Shown piece by piece: positions 9,201 through 17,916 of a stretch of 64,000 nt of DNA. Under the pieces are notes generated by a model. The model was not told where the DNA came from and did not search any database. It saw only the letters and a list, made by a program, of their open reading frames with translations. The stretch comes from Escherichia phage LH2: the sequence record OQ378934.1; one strand, written 5' to 3'. A program made the position numbers and the translations under genes. Within the stretch, counting starts at the first letter, position 1, and each line of letters opens with the position of its first letter.

Positions 9201-9662
9201 ATGATTATTAATGAAAGCTCTTGGCACTATAAATTATTCAAAATGTTTAACGACGAATGGAAACGACCTAAGACACTGTGTGCATATTTTTGGTCTATTG
9301 TTATCCCTACATTTTTCGTTTCTTTTTTCGGATGTACTATACTCGCAGGTCTAACTATCATCTGCGCAGAAATCATGCAGAAATGGCTTATTTTTGGTAG
9401 TTTATGGACTCTTATTCCATCAGCATTTATACTTGCTATTTTGCTTGTTTTACTTATTATTGGTTCATTTGTTATTCCTGCACAATTGCATGAAAAATAT
9501 AAAGATTATAAATGGAAAAAGGATTATGCTTTACATGTAGAAAATATTGATAGAGCGTATAAAGGTTTACCTCCTATTCAACCAAAGAAATCTATTATCG
9601 TCGAATTTTTAAAAGCGCGTAAAGCTAAAGTATGTCCTGTTATTGAATATAAGGCTGAATGA
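9201..9662 (+). CDS. Integral membrane protein
   Basis: 153 aa with two long hydrophobic segments. Confidence 0.5.
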   Translation: MIINESSWHYKLFKMFNDEWKRPKTLCAYFWSIVIPTFFVSFFGCTILAGLTIICAEIMQKWLIFGSLWTLIPSAFILAILLVLLIIGSFVIPAQLHEKYKDYKWKKDYALHVENIDRAYKGLPPIQPKKSIIVEFLKARKAKVCPVIEYKAE

Positions 9663-10672
9663 TGAAAACAGTAATGAAAAGCTATTTTGGTAGTCATCTT
9701 TATGGAACTTCTACTCCAGAATCTGATGTAGATTTTAAAGAAATCTTTGTTCCTCCTGCTCGTGATATTCTTATCGGAAATGTTAAAGAGCATATGAGTA
9801 AAAACACTAACAACACATCATCTAAAAACACTAAAGATGATATTGACCATGAACTATACAGTCTTAAGTATTTCTTTAAATTAGCAGCAGATGGTGAAAC
9901 CGTAGCATTAGATATGCTTCACACTCCACCTGAACTAGTGGTTAAATCTGATTTACCTGATGTGTGGAAGTTTATTCAAGACAATCGTTCTCGTTTTTAT
10001 ACAACTAACATGAAATCTTATTTAGGATATGTCCGCAAGCAAGCTTCTAAATATGGTGTCAAGGGTTCTCGTTTGGCCGCATTGCGTGATGTATTGAAAG
10101 TAGTTAATCAAATCCCTGAGCAATGGGTTGATTACCAAGAAGACGGTTCCATTAAGCAGCGTCGAACTAAAGTTGAAGATATTAAGCATCGTCTTCCAGA
10201 GAACGAATTCTGTGAATGGGTATTCCATAATCATGAGAAAACAGGCCCACAAACGTTCTACACTGTGTTGGGCCGTAAATATCAGACAACGCTTTCTCTT
10301 ATCGAGCTTAAGCAGTCACTGAACAAATTAGATGCTGAATACGGCGAACGCGCTCGTAAGGCTGAAGCGAATGAGGGCATTGACTGGAAAGCTCTAAGTC
10401 ATGCTTGTCGTGGCGGACTCCAACTATTGGAAATTTACAAAACTGGTGACTTAGTCTATCCACTTCAAGACGCTCCATTTATTCTCGACGTGAAGTTGGG
10501 TAAACATCCATTTAAAACTGTTCAAGAGTTTTTGGAAGATGTGGTCGATCAAGTAGAAGCAGCATCTATTGAAGCTTCTAAGAACGGTATGCAGCAAAAA
10601 GTAGACATGGGTTTCTGGGATGACTTCCTTGAGAGGGTTTATCTTGAAAACCATCGAAGTTATTATAAATGA
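9659..10672 (+). CDS. Nucleotidyltransferase-like protein (Pol-beta superfamily motif)
   Basis: N-terminal GSHLYGTSTPESDVDF matches the GS...DxD nucleotidyltransferase signature; 337 aa. Confidence 0.6.
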   Translation: MMKTVMKSYFGSHLYGTSTPESDVDFKEIFVPPARDILIGNVKEHMSKNTNNTSSKNTKDDIDHELYSLKYFFKLAADGETVALDMLHTPPELVVKSDLPDVWKFIQDNRSRFYTTNMKSYLGYVRKQASKYGVKGSRLAALRDVLKVVNQIPEQWVDYQEDGSIKQRRTKVEDIKHRLPENEFCEWVFHNHEKTGPQTFYTVLGRKYQTTLSLIELKQSLNKLDAEYGERARKAEANEGIDWKALSHACRGGLQLLEIYKTGDLVYPLQDAPFILDVKLGKHPFKTVQEFLEDVVDQVEAASIEASKNGMQQKVDMGFWDDFLERVYLENHRSYYK

Positions 10673-10674
10673 TA

Positions 10675-10699
10675 GGGAGCCTTCGGGCTCCCTTTTTTT
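10675..10699 (+). terminator. Intrinsic terminator
   Basis: gggagc-cttcgg-gctccc followed by ttttttt. Confidence 0.65.
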
Positions 10700-10704
10700 A
10701 TTTC

Positions 10705-10787
10705 AAAAAATTTTCACAAAACAGTTTACAAGCATAAAGCTTTATGGTACTATACAACTATCAACTGATACGGATTTGGAGAATAAA
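10705..10787 (+). repeat. Promoter-leader cassette (PeSL-like), copy A
   Basis: gtttac at 10724-10729 ... tggtactatacaactatcaac ... ttggagaataaaATG; same core as copies at 12163, 37471, 56551. Confidence 0.6.
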
Positions 10788-11756
10788 ATGAAAACTGTAA
10801 CTATCAATAAGGGTATCTACTTCGGTAAAGAAATCTCTGGAACTTTTGAGCTCTTAGGCGAATGGTTCCCAGATAATGCTCCGGTAGATGCACAAGGAGA
10901 TGGTAAAGTTTTTGTTGAAATTGACGGTAAACGTCGCGGTGTTTGGGTTTACAAATCAGATATTTCATATGATGGTGTAAAAGTTGAAGAAGTTAAAGAA
11001 TCGTATGAAGATATGAAAACCCGCATTAACAAAAGATTTAATGTTATGGGAATGATGACGAATGGTATTATTAACGGAAATATTCGTTCATTGATTATCT
11101 CTGGCGCAGCAGGTATTGGTAAAACGTATTCTTTAGATAAAGCTTTAAATAAAGCAAATGATATTGGATACATTGAATATAAAAGCATTAATGGTAAAAT
11201 CTCTGGTATTGGTCTTTATGAACAGCTTTGGAATAATCGTGAAGAGAATTCTGTCCTTTTGATTGATGATGTGGATGTTTTCTCTGATATGGACATTCTT
11301 AATCTTCTAAAAGCCGCTCTGGACACCGGAGAGACCCGTAAAGTCTGCTGGAGCACTGCATCTTCTTACTTAGAAGAAAAAGGCATTGACCGTGAGTTTG
11401 AATTTAAAGGAACGATTGTTTTTATCACAAACGTTGACATTGACCGCGAATTAGACCGTGGTACTAAACTTGCTCCACATTTACAAGCATTAGTGTCCCG
11501 CTCGGTTTATTTAGATTTGGGTGTTCACACTAATGAAGAAATTATGGTCAGGGTTGAAGATGTTATTCTTTCAACTGACATGATGCAAAAGCGTGGTCTT
11601 TCTGATGAAGAAACTTATAAAGCATTATCATGGATGAAAGTTAATGTTAACCGTTTACGCAATGTTTCACTGCGTACTGCTCTTTATCTTGCTGACTTTA
11701 TTATGACCGACAAAAACGGTTGGGAAGAAATTGCTGAGGTTACTCTTCTGAAATAA
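10788..11756 (+). CDS. P-loop ATPase (AAA-like)
   Basis: Walker A GAAGIGKT and Walker B VLLIDDVD; start placed at ATG supplied by the cassette, not the longer track ORF. Confidence 0.65.
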   Translation: MKTVTINKGIYFGKEISGTFELLGEWFPDNAPVDAQGDGKVFVEIDGKRRGVWVYKSDISYDGVKVEEVKESYEDMKTRINKRFNVMGMMTNGIINGNIRSLIISGAAGIGKTYSLDKALNKANDIGYIEYKSINGKISGIGLYEQLWNNREENSVLLIDDVDVFSDMDILNLLKAALDTGETRKVCWSTASSYLEEKGIDREFEFKGTIVFITNVDIDRELDRGTKLAPHLQALVSRSVYLDLGVHTNEEIMVRVEDVILSTDMMQKRGLSDEETYKALSWMKVNVNRLRNVSLRTALYLADFIMTDKNGWEEIAEVTLLK

Positions 11757-11854
11757 TTCATAAGAGGACTTCTATGACAAAAAGGCAGTTCAGAAATAGA
11801 TTATATGGACTGCCATCAAAAAGATGACTAGAATTAAACTGGTGAATGGAGGTA

Positions 11855-12160
11855 ATGATGTTATACTCAAAGGCTCGTGAAATTTACGAAACTAAAATTA
11901 AAGAAGCAGTATTTCAGTTCGCAACGACAATGCGATGGACAAATGACTGGGAGTATTCAAAAAATCATAAGAAGCCCATGGTGACAAGAAAGGCTCATAT
12001 GTTAGTGTTAATAGACCGTGAGCAGATTAAAGCCCGAGAAGCCCTCCAGAATCATAAAAAGGCTGCCTTTGAATGGTTTATGGATAACACTGCTCCTGAG
12101 ACTAAGAAAGCAGTGAGCGCATGGTTCAGTGGAAAAAATTGTGAAAGAAGTTTCTTTTAG
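11855..12160 (+). CDS. Hypothetical protein
   Basis: SD GGAGG then clustered ATGs at 11855/11858; exact start uncertain. Confidence 0.45.
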   Translation: MMLYSKAREIYETKIKEAVFQFATTMRWTNDWEYSKNHKKPMVTRKAHMLVLIDREQIKAREALQNHKKAAFEWFMDNTAPETKKAVSAWFSGKNCERSFF

Positions 12161-12162
12161 TG

Positions 12163-12220
12163 GTTTACAAGACTGTTCCTCTGTGGTACTATACAACTAT
12201 CAACTACGGAGGAACAGAAA
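12163..12220 (+). repeat. Promoter-leader cassette (PeSL-like), copy B
   Basis: 42 nt (gtttacaagactgttcctctgtggtactatacaactatcaac) identical to 37487-37528. Confidence 0.6.
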
Positions 12221-12748
12221 ATGAACGCTAAAGATATTTTCAACTTGGTAAATTACAACGATGGTAAATTTAAATCTGAAGCACAAAGCAAGTTCTTTAA
12301 CGACATCTCAATCGGAGGTGAAATCACGGTTGATGGAGGACAAATTTACAAATCCCGTTGGAATTGGATCGTTATTATCGATGAGATTGGTATTGTAGAA
12401 ATTTACAAAAATACGAATAAAAATCGTACATTACACTGGTCTCGTGATACTAACGAACAGTACAAAAAGGATAAAGCATCTAAATTATCTCGTGTAACTC
12501 AAGAAGATATTGAGTTCATCAAGAAAGATATTTTAATGTATGATAACTTAATTGCTGAAGAGCAAGCTGTTATTGATAAATTTGACGAGATTAAAGCTTC
12601 TCGTGAAATTCCTGATTTTATGAAAGAATCAGTAAATGAACGATACACTCTCATTTCAGAGCGTATTGAAACTTACAAAAAGCAAAGAGCTGAACGCCAA
12701 AATACTCTTCGGAAGTTTGAAGAACGGTTAAAGACGGTACTCGCATAA
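12221..12748 (+). CDS. Hypothetical protein with C-terminal coiled-coil-like region
   Basis: 175-aa ORF following the cassette SD GGAGGA. Confidence 0.55.
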   Translation: MNAKDIFNLVNYNDGKFKSEAQSKFFNDISIGGEITVDGGQIYKSRWNWIVIIDEIGIVEIYKNTNKNRTLHWSRDTNEQYKKDKASKLSRVTQEDIEFIKKDILMYDNLIAEEQAVIDKFDEIKASREIPDFMKESVNERYTLISERIETYKKQRAERQNTLRKFEERLKTVLA

Positions 12749-12749
12749 C

Positions 12750-12774
12750 TGCTTTATACCAAGGATGGTATAAT
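12750..12774 (+). promoter_or_regulatory. Candidate MotA-dependent middle promoter
   Basis: MotA-box-like tgcttta at 12750-12756 and tataat at 12769-12774. Confidence 0.4.
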
Positions 12775-12803
12775 GGTTCTAAGCCCTTTTAATTGAGATT
12801 ATT

Positions 12804-13043
12804 ATGAAACAGTTGATAATTAAAAGATTGAATTTATTGATATGTTGTTTATGTGTAGTAGTTGCATATGGTTATTACGCAATTAATGATTATATGCATT
12901 ATAAAGATTATGATGTTACTGTAGTTAATACCATTACAGGAACACAAGGAAAAGGGTCTAGTTTATCGTTTATTGCCGTATATGAACTCAAAGACGGTTA
13001 TAGATTTAGGAATATATTTCCCCAGAGATGTATTCTTCAATAG
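12804..13043 (+). CDS. Small membrane protein (possibly the 5' part of a frameshifted gene)
   Basis: 79-aa ORF with hydrophobic N-terminus; overlaps next ORF in a different frame. Confidence 0.4.
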   Translation: MKQLIIKRLNLLICCLCVVVAYGYYAINDYMHYKDYDVTVVNTITGTQGKGSSLSFIAVYELKDGYRFRNIFPQRCILQ

Positions 13044-13210
13044 AAAAAGGTGATAATATTACTGTAAGTTTACGTCCTTTCGACGTAAAACAGACACTGT
13101 TTGATAATATTGTTTGGTTCTTTGGGATGGTATTAGTTCAATCTGTGTGCGGTGCTTATGTAGTCTGTTCAATCATATTCTGTGTATTTAGTAAAATTGA
13201 AATTGAGTGA
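13028..13210 (+). CDS. Small membrane protein (possibly the 3' part of a frameshifted gene)
   Basis: 60-aa ORF; hydrophobic C-terminal segment. Confidence 0.35.
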   Translation: MYSSIEKGDNITVSLRPFDVKQTLFDNIVWFFGMVLVQSVCGAYVVCSIIFCVFSKIEIE

Positions 13211-13217
13211 GGAAAAT

Positions 13218-14105
13218 ATGTCAGTAGTAATTAATAATGTCAATGCAGTAATTAAATCTTTAGTTAATAAAAAATCAAATGAATGGACTGTACTTCGCCG
13301 TGGAGAGCCAGATAAATTTTTTCATAGATTTAACCCAACTTTGGATTTGAATGTTATCGACAAAGATGTTCATGCTGAAATTTTAGATAAATTTAAAGTT
13401 GATATTGGATTTGGATTAGAAAAACATTTACAGCGACCAAACGGGTCTGGAATGCTTTTATCTAAACGCATTATGAAAGCCCTTAATAAAATTGGAGCGT
13501 TGTCTCGTATTAATGCGAGCGAAATCCTTCGTAATTATAATAAAGGATATGACCTTTACGGTCGACTAATGCCAAAATTATCATTCGACCAAATGATTGC
13601 GGATTTGTGGGAAAATCAACGACGATTATTAGCATTAGGCGCTCGATTAGCTAAAGGTCTAGATAAACAAATGATTTTTAAGACCAATAATACAGAAGAC
13701 CTTAAATGCTTTAAATTTAGTACTCGTGGAGATGATTATTACATCAGAGCTCACTCTACAGATTATGCCAATATGGGTCATCATCTCTGTTTAGCTTTTG
13801 AAGTTTTAAAAGAAGCCGGAACATTAGAATATGTGTCTGGTGCTAAATGTCCGATTGGTTCAAGTTGTATTTTAATTTATCGCCCAGATGAATCCAGTTC
13901 AACTAAATTGCCTACAAAACCTGTACCAGTTCGTAGTAACGAAAAACATTCTGAACAAATTGATTATTTTAATAAGCAAATTGAAGAGCTAAATATTTCT
14001 ATTCAGCAATATGATGATGAAATTTTCAGACTATCTGGATTGAGTAGTAAAGCTAAATCTGAGCGTGAAAAGTTAATTAAAATTGTTGATTTACTTAAAT
14101 CTTAA
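13218..14105 (+). CDS. Hypothetical protein with C-terminal coiled-coil tail
   Basis: Start at internal ATG after SD GAGGAAAA; heptad-like C-terminus ...QIEELNISIQQYDDEIFRL... Confidence 0.55.
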   Translation: MSVVINNVNAVIKSLVNKKSNEWTVLRRGEPDKFFHRFNPTLDLNVIDKDVHAEILDKFKVDIGFGLEKHLQRPNGSGMLLSKRIMKALNKIGALSRINASEILRNYNKGYDLYGRLMPKLSFDQMIADLWENQRRLLALGARLAKGLDKQMIFKTNNTEDLKCFKFSTRGDDYYIRAHSTDYANMGHHLCLAFEVLKEAGTLEYVSGAKCPIGSSCILIYRPDESSSTKLPTKPVPVRSNEKHSEQIDYFNKQIEELNISIQQYDDEIFRLSGLSSKAKSEREKLIKIVDLLKS

Positions 14106-14113
14106 GGAACACT

Positions 14114-15121
14114 ATGAAAACTCGTTCTCAAATTGAAGATATGGTTCGTAATGCCAGCTATACCCGTGATGTTATGACATTTTTGTGTGAAAATAATTTA
14201 GACCCCGATAAAGTTAATCGTGTTATTCATCACTTTAAGTATACGAATAGCAGTGAATGGGTGCGTAATTTTAGCGAAGCAGGGTATATTACGCAAATGA
14301 CGGCTCGTGAGCATCTCACCGATTTCTGTAAAACTATTGATTATAAAAATCCTCTATTTGTTCAAGGCGTCGGTCAAAGTAAGGTCGATTTATCATCTGG
14401 ATTTTTCAATCCAAATCATTATCGTATTGAATGGAGATTTATTGCTCTATTCCGTAAACAATTAAAACAAATTTTATCAACTGCGAGTCGATTAAAAGGT
14501 TCTGATATTAACTTAAAGAATCTGAAATTTGATGGTTATACTCTTCAGATGGAAGTAAGACCATTAAAAGAAAATAATAGAACTGCACGAATTAGCTTTA
14601 AACCTAATACAAAAAATTCTCTTTCAATTTGTGAATGCCTTAAATCGCAGTTAACAGAAGCATTTAAGTATATGGATGTTGTTGCTGTTGTTCAATCTAA
14701 GATTTTACCTCGTTTTGAGCGAAATTGGGAACATACAACAACATATGAACTTGATATGATCGTTTCATTTAAATACGATTTTTTGAGAAAGGACGAAGTC
14801 CCGCAAGAGAAAAAACCTGAACCCCAAACTAATTACTCATCAAACGATCCTAAATTTTGGATGTATAGCTCAAGCAATATAGATGCATGTAAACTTAATA
14901 AAGTGAGTTTTCTTCCTACTGAAAATTCAAATTTTAAACCTGTAGAAAAATGGCACGCTGACGCGATTGAGAAGTCTCTTAAGGCAGTAGATGATGAACT
15001 CGTTAAAGCGACCAATGAAGTGCTAGAAGCTGAAAAGGCGTTAGAACAAGCTCAGTCAAGGGTTCAAAATCTGACAAAGCAACGTTCTAAACTGAACAAT
15101 GCACTAAATGCACTGAACTAG
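14114..15121 (+). CDS. Hypothetical protein with C-terminal coiled-coil tail
   Basis: 335 aa; C-terminus ...LEAEKALEQAQSRVQNLTKQRSKLNNALNALN. Confidence 0.55.
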   Translation: MKTRSQIEDMVRNASYTRDVMTFLCENNLDPDKVNRVIHHFKYTNSSEWVRNFSEAGYITQMTAREHLTDFCKTIDYKNPLFVQGVGQSKVDLSSGFFNPNHYRIEWRFIALFRKQLKQILSTASRLKGSDINLKNLKFDGYTLQMEVRPLKENNRTARISFKPNTKNSLSICECLKSQLTEAFKYMDVVAVVQSKILPRFERNWEHTTTYELDMIVSFKYDFLRKDEVPQEKKPEPQTNYSSNDPKFWMYSSSNIDACKLNKVSFLPTENSNFKPVEKWHADAIEKSLKAVDDELVKATNEVLEAEKALEQAQSRVQNLTKQRSKLNNALNALN

Positions 15122-15150
15122 TTTACTTTGCCACAAGGATGTGGTATAAT
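15121..15150 (+). promoter_or_regulatory. T4-type early promoter
   Basis: gtttac 15121-15126; tggtataat ending at 15150; near-identical copy at 61069. Confidence 0.55.
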
Positions 15151-15178
15151 GTTCTTACTTTCTACTGAGGAGATTAAT

Positions 15179-16105
15179 ATGACTCGTAAACACTATATTG
15201 ATTATTTTGACAGTCTTATTACTAAACACCGTAATTATCAGATAGGACACAGAGCAGCAATCAATAATATTCTTCGTGATTTCCTTCAATATGTTGGACA
15301 GGAAAATCATATCTGTAAAGATACTCAAAACGCTTATTCTCATTCGTTAGGCAATTTGCTTGAATGGTTTAAACGTTCTCGTATGTTATCTTCTACTGTA
15401 GCTCGTGATAACATTGAAAACTTTATGAAGCCGAGCTTCATTAAATCTGAGACATCTATAACTGATTTGGTTGAATTTACTATTGTTAACGATGTTAAAA
15501 AGACCCATTTGGCTGATTGGTTATCTACCATTCCTGAAACTAAATTTGCTGATAAATTTGCTTGTCAATTCAATGACCAAGTGAATATGCTTTTTAAGCA
15601 TGCTCGTAAACTATTTACCGCGGGCGATGACCGTACAAATACAGTTCATGTTAAGGACTGGGTTATTGCTGATGAAGTAACACACAAGCCAGGTGGTTCA
15701 TCGGTATTAATTAATATCCAGGTTCCTTATTATTACTCACGTAATCTCGGCACCATGACAGCTAGAGAAATTAATAAGCACAACAAAACTATTCGTTCGT
15801 TGTCTTATAAACTCCGCATGATGCTAAAAATTATGGACGTAGTGGAAATGTATGATGAAACCGAAGATAATGGTTCAATGTTATACAGCTCACGCATTCT
15901 AATTAAACTGAAGAATCCTAATACATATAAGCCAGTTGTAAAAGAACCTAAAGTAGAAAAGGTTGATAACCTGAGCGAAGAACGCGAATATCTCAATGCT
16001 CGTTTGATTGAAGTTGAAGCCCAGATTGCCGAACACACCAAATTGTTAAAAGCTCTTAATGCAAAAGCAAATGGTTTACGTAATGCTATTGAGGTATTGA
16101 AATGA
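15179..16105 (+). CDS. Hypothetical protein with C-terminal coiled-coil tail
   Basis: Start at ATG downstream of the promoter with SD GAGGAG; C-terminus ...[33 protein letters not shown]. Confidence 0.55.
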   Translation: MTRKHYIDYFDSLITKHRNYQIGHRAAINNILRDFLQYVGQENHICKDTQNAYSHSLGNLLEWFKRSRMLSSTVARDNIENFMKPSFIKSETSITDLVEFTIVNDVKKTHLADWLSTIPETKFADKFACQFNDQVNMLFKHARKLFTAGDDRTNTVHVKDWVIADEVTHKPGGSSVLINIQVPYYYSRNLGTMTAREINKHNKTIRSLSYKLRMMLKIMDVVEMYDETEDNGSMLYSSRILIKLKNPNTYKPVVKEPKVEKVDNLSEEREYLNARLIEVEAQIAEHTKLLKALNAKANGLRNAIEVLK

Positions 16106-16419
16106 AAAAGCGTCTATTAGAAGATATTGCAGCTTCAAGTAATTCCAGTCTAATTAAAATTATTATGGCTGGTGAAGAAGACGATCTGGAAATGCGTGGA
16201 AAGATTCATGGTTGCGATGATTTAGACTTTAAACCTCCAGCTTGGGATGCCATTATGGCTATGGTTGAACGTCGCGAAAGGGCTTCTAAAAACGTTCCTA
16301 ATTGTCCTGAATGCGGTACTGAACAGGTTCAATTAGTCCATTGGCAGACTAGTAATCTTCGTTATAAATGCCGTCATTGCAAACACCGATTTAACCGAGA
16401 AGAAAATGACAAAGCGTAA
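16102..16419 (+). CDS. Zinc-ribbon protein
   Basis: CPECG...CRHCKH four-Cys arrangement; 105 aa. Confidence 0.55.
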
Positions 16420-16648
16420 AGAATATATGGAGACTGCTGAAAAGGCAGTCCGTGAATTAGCAATAGCTTATTATAATGAACATGGTAAATTTCCTGATAG
16501 ATATAGCGTGCTTAAATCTGCTTTAACTCGTTCATATAAAAATATGCTATCAGAAGTAAGTGATATTATATACAAACATAAAGAACAAACGGGCCAAAGT
16601 CTTGATTACGACGAGACTTTTAAACAAGTACTAGGAATTAAGGAATAA
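16406..16648 (+). CDS. Hypothetical protein
   Basis: 80-aa ORF. Confidence 0.5.
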
Positions 16649-16649
16649 T

Positions 16650-16913
16650 ATGTTTAAAGTATATGGTTATGATAGCAACATCCACAAATGTGTGTATTGC
16701 GATAATGCAAAACGTCTCTTGACTGTGAAGAAACAGCCGTTTGAATTTATCAACATTATGCCGGAAAAAGGTGTTTTTGATGATGAGAAAATCGCTGAGC
16801 TTCTGACGAAACTAGGTCGTGATACTCAAATTGGACTGACGATGCCACAAGTATTTGCTCCTGATGGAAGTCATATTGGTGGATTTGACCAATTGCGGGA
16901 ATACTTTAAATGA
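16650..16913 (+). CDS. nrdC: Thioredoxin/glutaredoxin NrdC
   Basis: 87 aa; redox motif CVYC; matches T4 NrdC length and N-terminus MFKVYGYDSNIHKCVYC. Confidence 0.85.
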   Translation: MFKVYGYDSNIHKCVYCDNAKRLLTVKKQPFEFINIMPEKGVFDDEKIAELLTKLGRDTQIGLTMPQVFAPDGSHIGGFDQLREYFK

Positions 16914-17125
16914 TGCTCGAAGGAACTGATTATATCCATGACTACCGCGGAAGCGCGGTATATGTAGGTGATGAAGTTGCAGTTTACTATGGGTATGGAA
17001 CTTTGATGACAGCCAAGGTTATTCAAATTAAAAATAATCGTGCTAAACTTGAAGTTTATTATTCTAATGGTGAAAAGTCTATTTCTAAGTGGAAATACGG
17101 CGATTGTATGGTCAAACTGGGGTAA
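16910..17125 (+). CDS. Hypothetical protein
   Basis: ATGA overlap with nrdC stop; 71 aa. Confidence 0.5.
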   Translation: MMLEGTDYIHDYRGSAVYVGDEVAVYYGYGTLMTAKVIQIKNNRAKLEVYYSNGEKSISKWKYGDCMVKLG

Positions 17126-17127
17126 AT

Positions 17128-17298
17128 ATGATTTACGATATTAATGTAGCAAGAACTCCGTCAATGGTTACTATTCCTGCTAAAGAACTAGATCGTCTTC
17201 ATAAAATTGAAGAACTTCTTTGGGAAATTGAATCTGATTTGCCATCAGGATTAGAATCCTGGATTGATTATGAAGAACTTAATAAGCTTCGGGGTTAA
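17128..17298 (+). CDS. Hypothetical acidic protein
   Basis: Internal ATG just after upstream TAA; 56 aa. Confidence 0.45.
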   Translation: MIYDINVARTPSMVTIPAKELDRLHKIEELLWEIESDLPSGLESWIDYEELNKLRG

Positions 17299-17420
17299 AC
17301 CTTGGTGGGCGGTTAGATGGGAAACAGTAGAGCCAGAACCGGAAGAACCGGTTTACACTGATGAAGAAACAGTATATAATGAACCTACAATAAATGACAT
17401 AATTGATATGGAGATGGGAC

Positions 17421-17867
17421 ATGATTACAGTAGATAAGTGGTTTAGAATTAATCGTGCTGATAAAGGGCTGTGTAATTACTGGCCGGAACTTAGTGCAGG
17501 TACTGTCTTTAAAGTTCGTGAACTTGCAAAAGAATGTGAAGATGATATAGAACCTGATACTGGAATTATTGAAATTGAACTTTCTGACGGAAAGGTTATT
17601 AACATCTATGATAAGCCAATTACATATTGGTGCCTATGGAATACTGAATCAGTAGAAAACGGCGAAATTGAAGAAGTTGTAGAACGAGTTGATCAAGCTA
17701 TTCATAAACCTAAAGCCGCTTTTCAAGGTGAACGCATTTCATATGCATTAGCTAAATTAGCTGCGCAAGAAAACAATGATGGCTATGAAGGAAATTTGAT
17801 GCAAGCTGCGGCAGAATATATTGAATGGCTTGAAACTCAAATTTCTTTTTCTGACCGAGCGTTTTAA
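17421..17867 (+). CDS. Hypothetical protein (sits where T4 carries pin; not confirmed by sequence)
   Basis: Track ORF begins at TTG; first ATG is 17421; 148 aa. Confidence 0.45.
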   Translation: MITVDKWFRINRADKGLCNYWPELSAGTVFKVRELAKECEDDIEPDTGIIEIELSDGKVINIYDKPITYWCLWNTESVENGEIEEVVERVDQAIHKPKAAFQGERISYALAKLAAQENNDGYEGNLMQAAAEYIEWLETQISFSDRAF

Positions 17868-17884
17868 TACTTGAAAATAATAAA

Positions 17885-17914
17885 TACCCTTATCTATTCA
17901 AGGTAAGGGTTTTA
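17885..17914 (+). terminator. Hairpin plus T-run immediately upstream of gene 49 (terminator and/or translational regulator)
   Basis: accctta...taagggt inverted repeat followed by tttta. Confidence 0.45.
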
Positions 17915-17916
17915 TT

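Noticed and set aside
10620-10787. Long N-terminal extension of the ATPase ORF in the track (start at 10620)
   Set aside because: The extension would read through the terminator hairpin and the promoter cassette; the SD-preceded ATG at 10788 is the credible start. The same reasoning applies to track starts 37362, 15128, 54868 and 49928.
17272-17440. 55-aa alternative-frame ORF (MKNLISFGVKPWW...) between the small ORF at 17128 and the gene at 17421
   Set aside because: It overlaps both neighbours, lacks an SD, and is short; cannot be supported without expression data.
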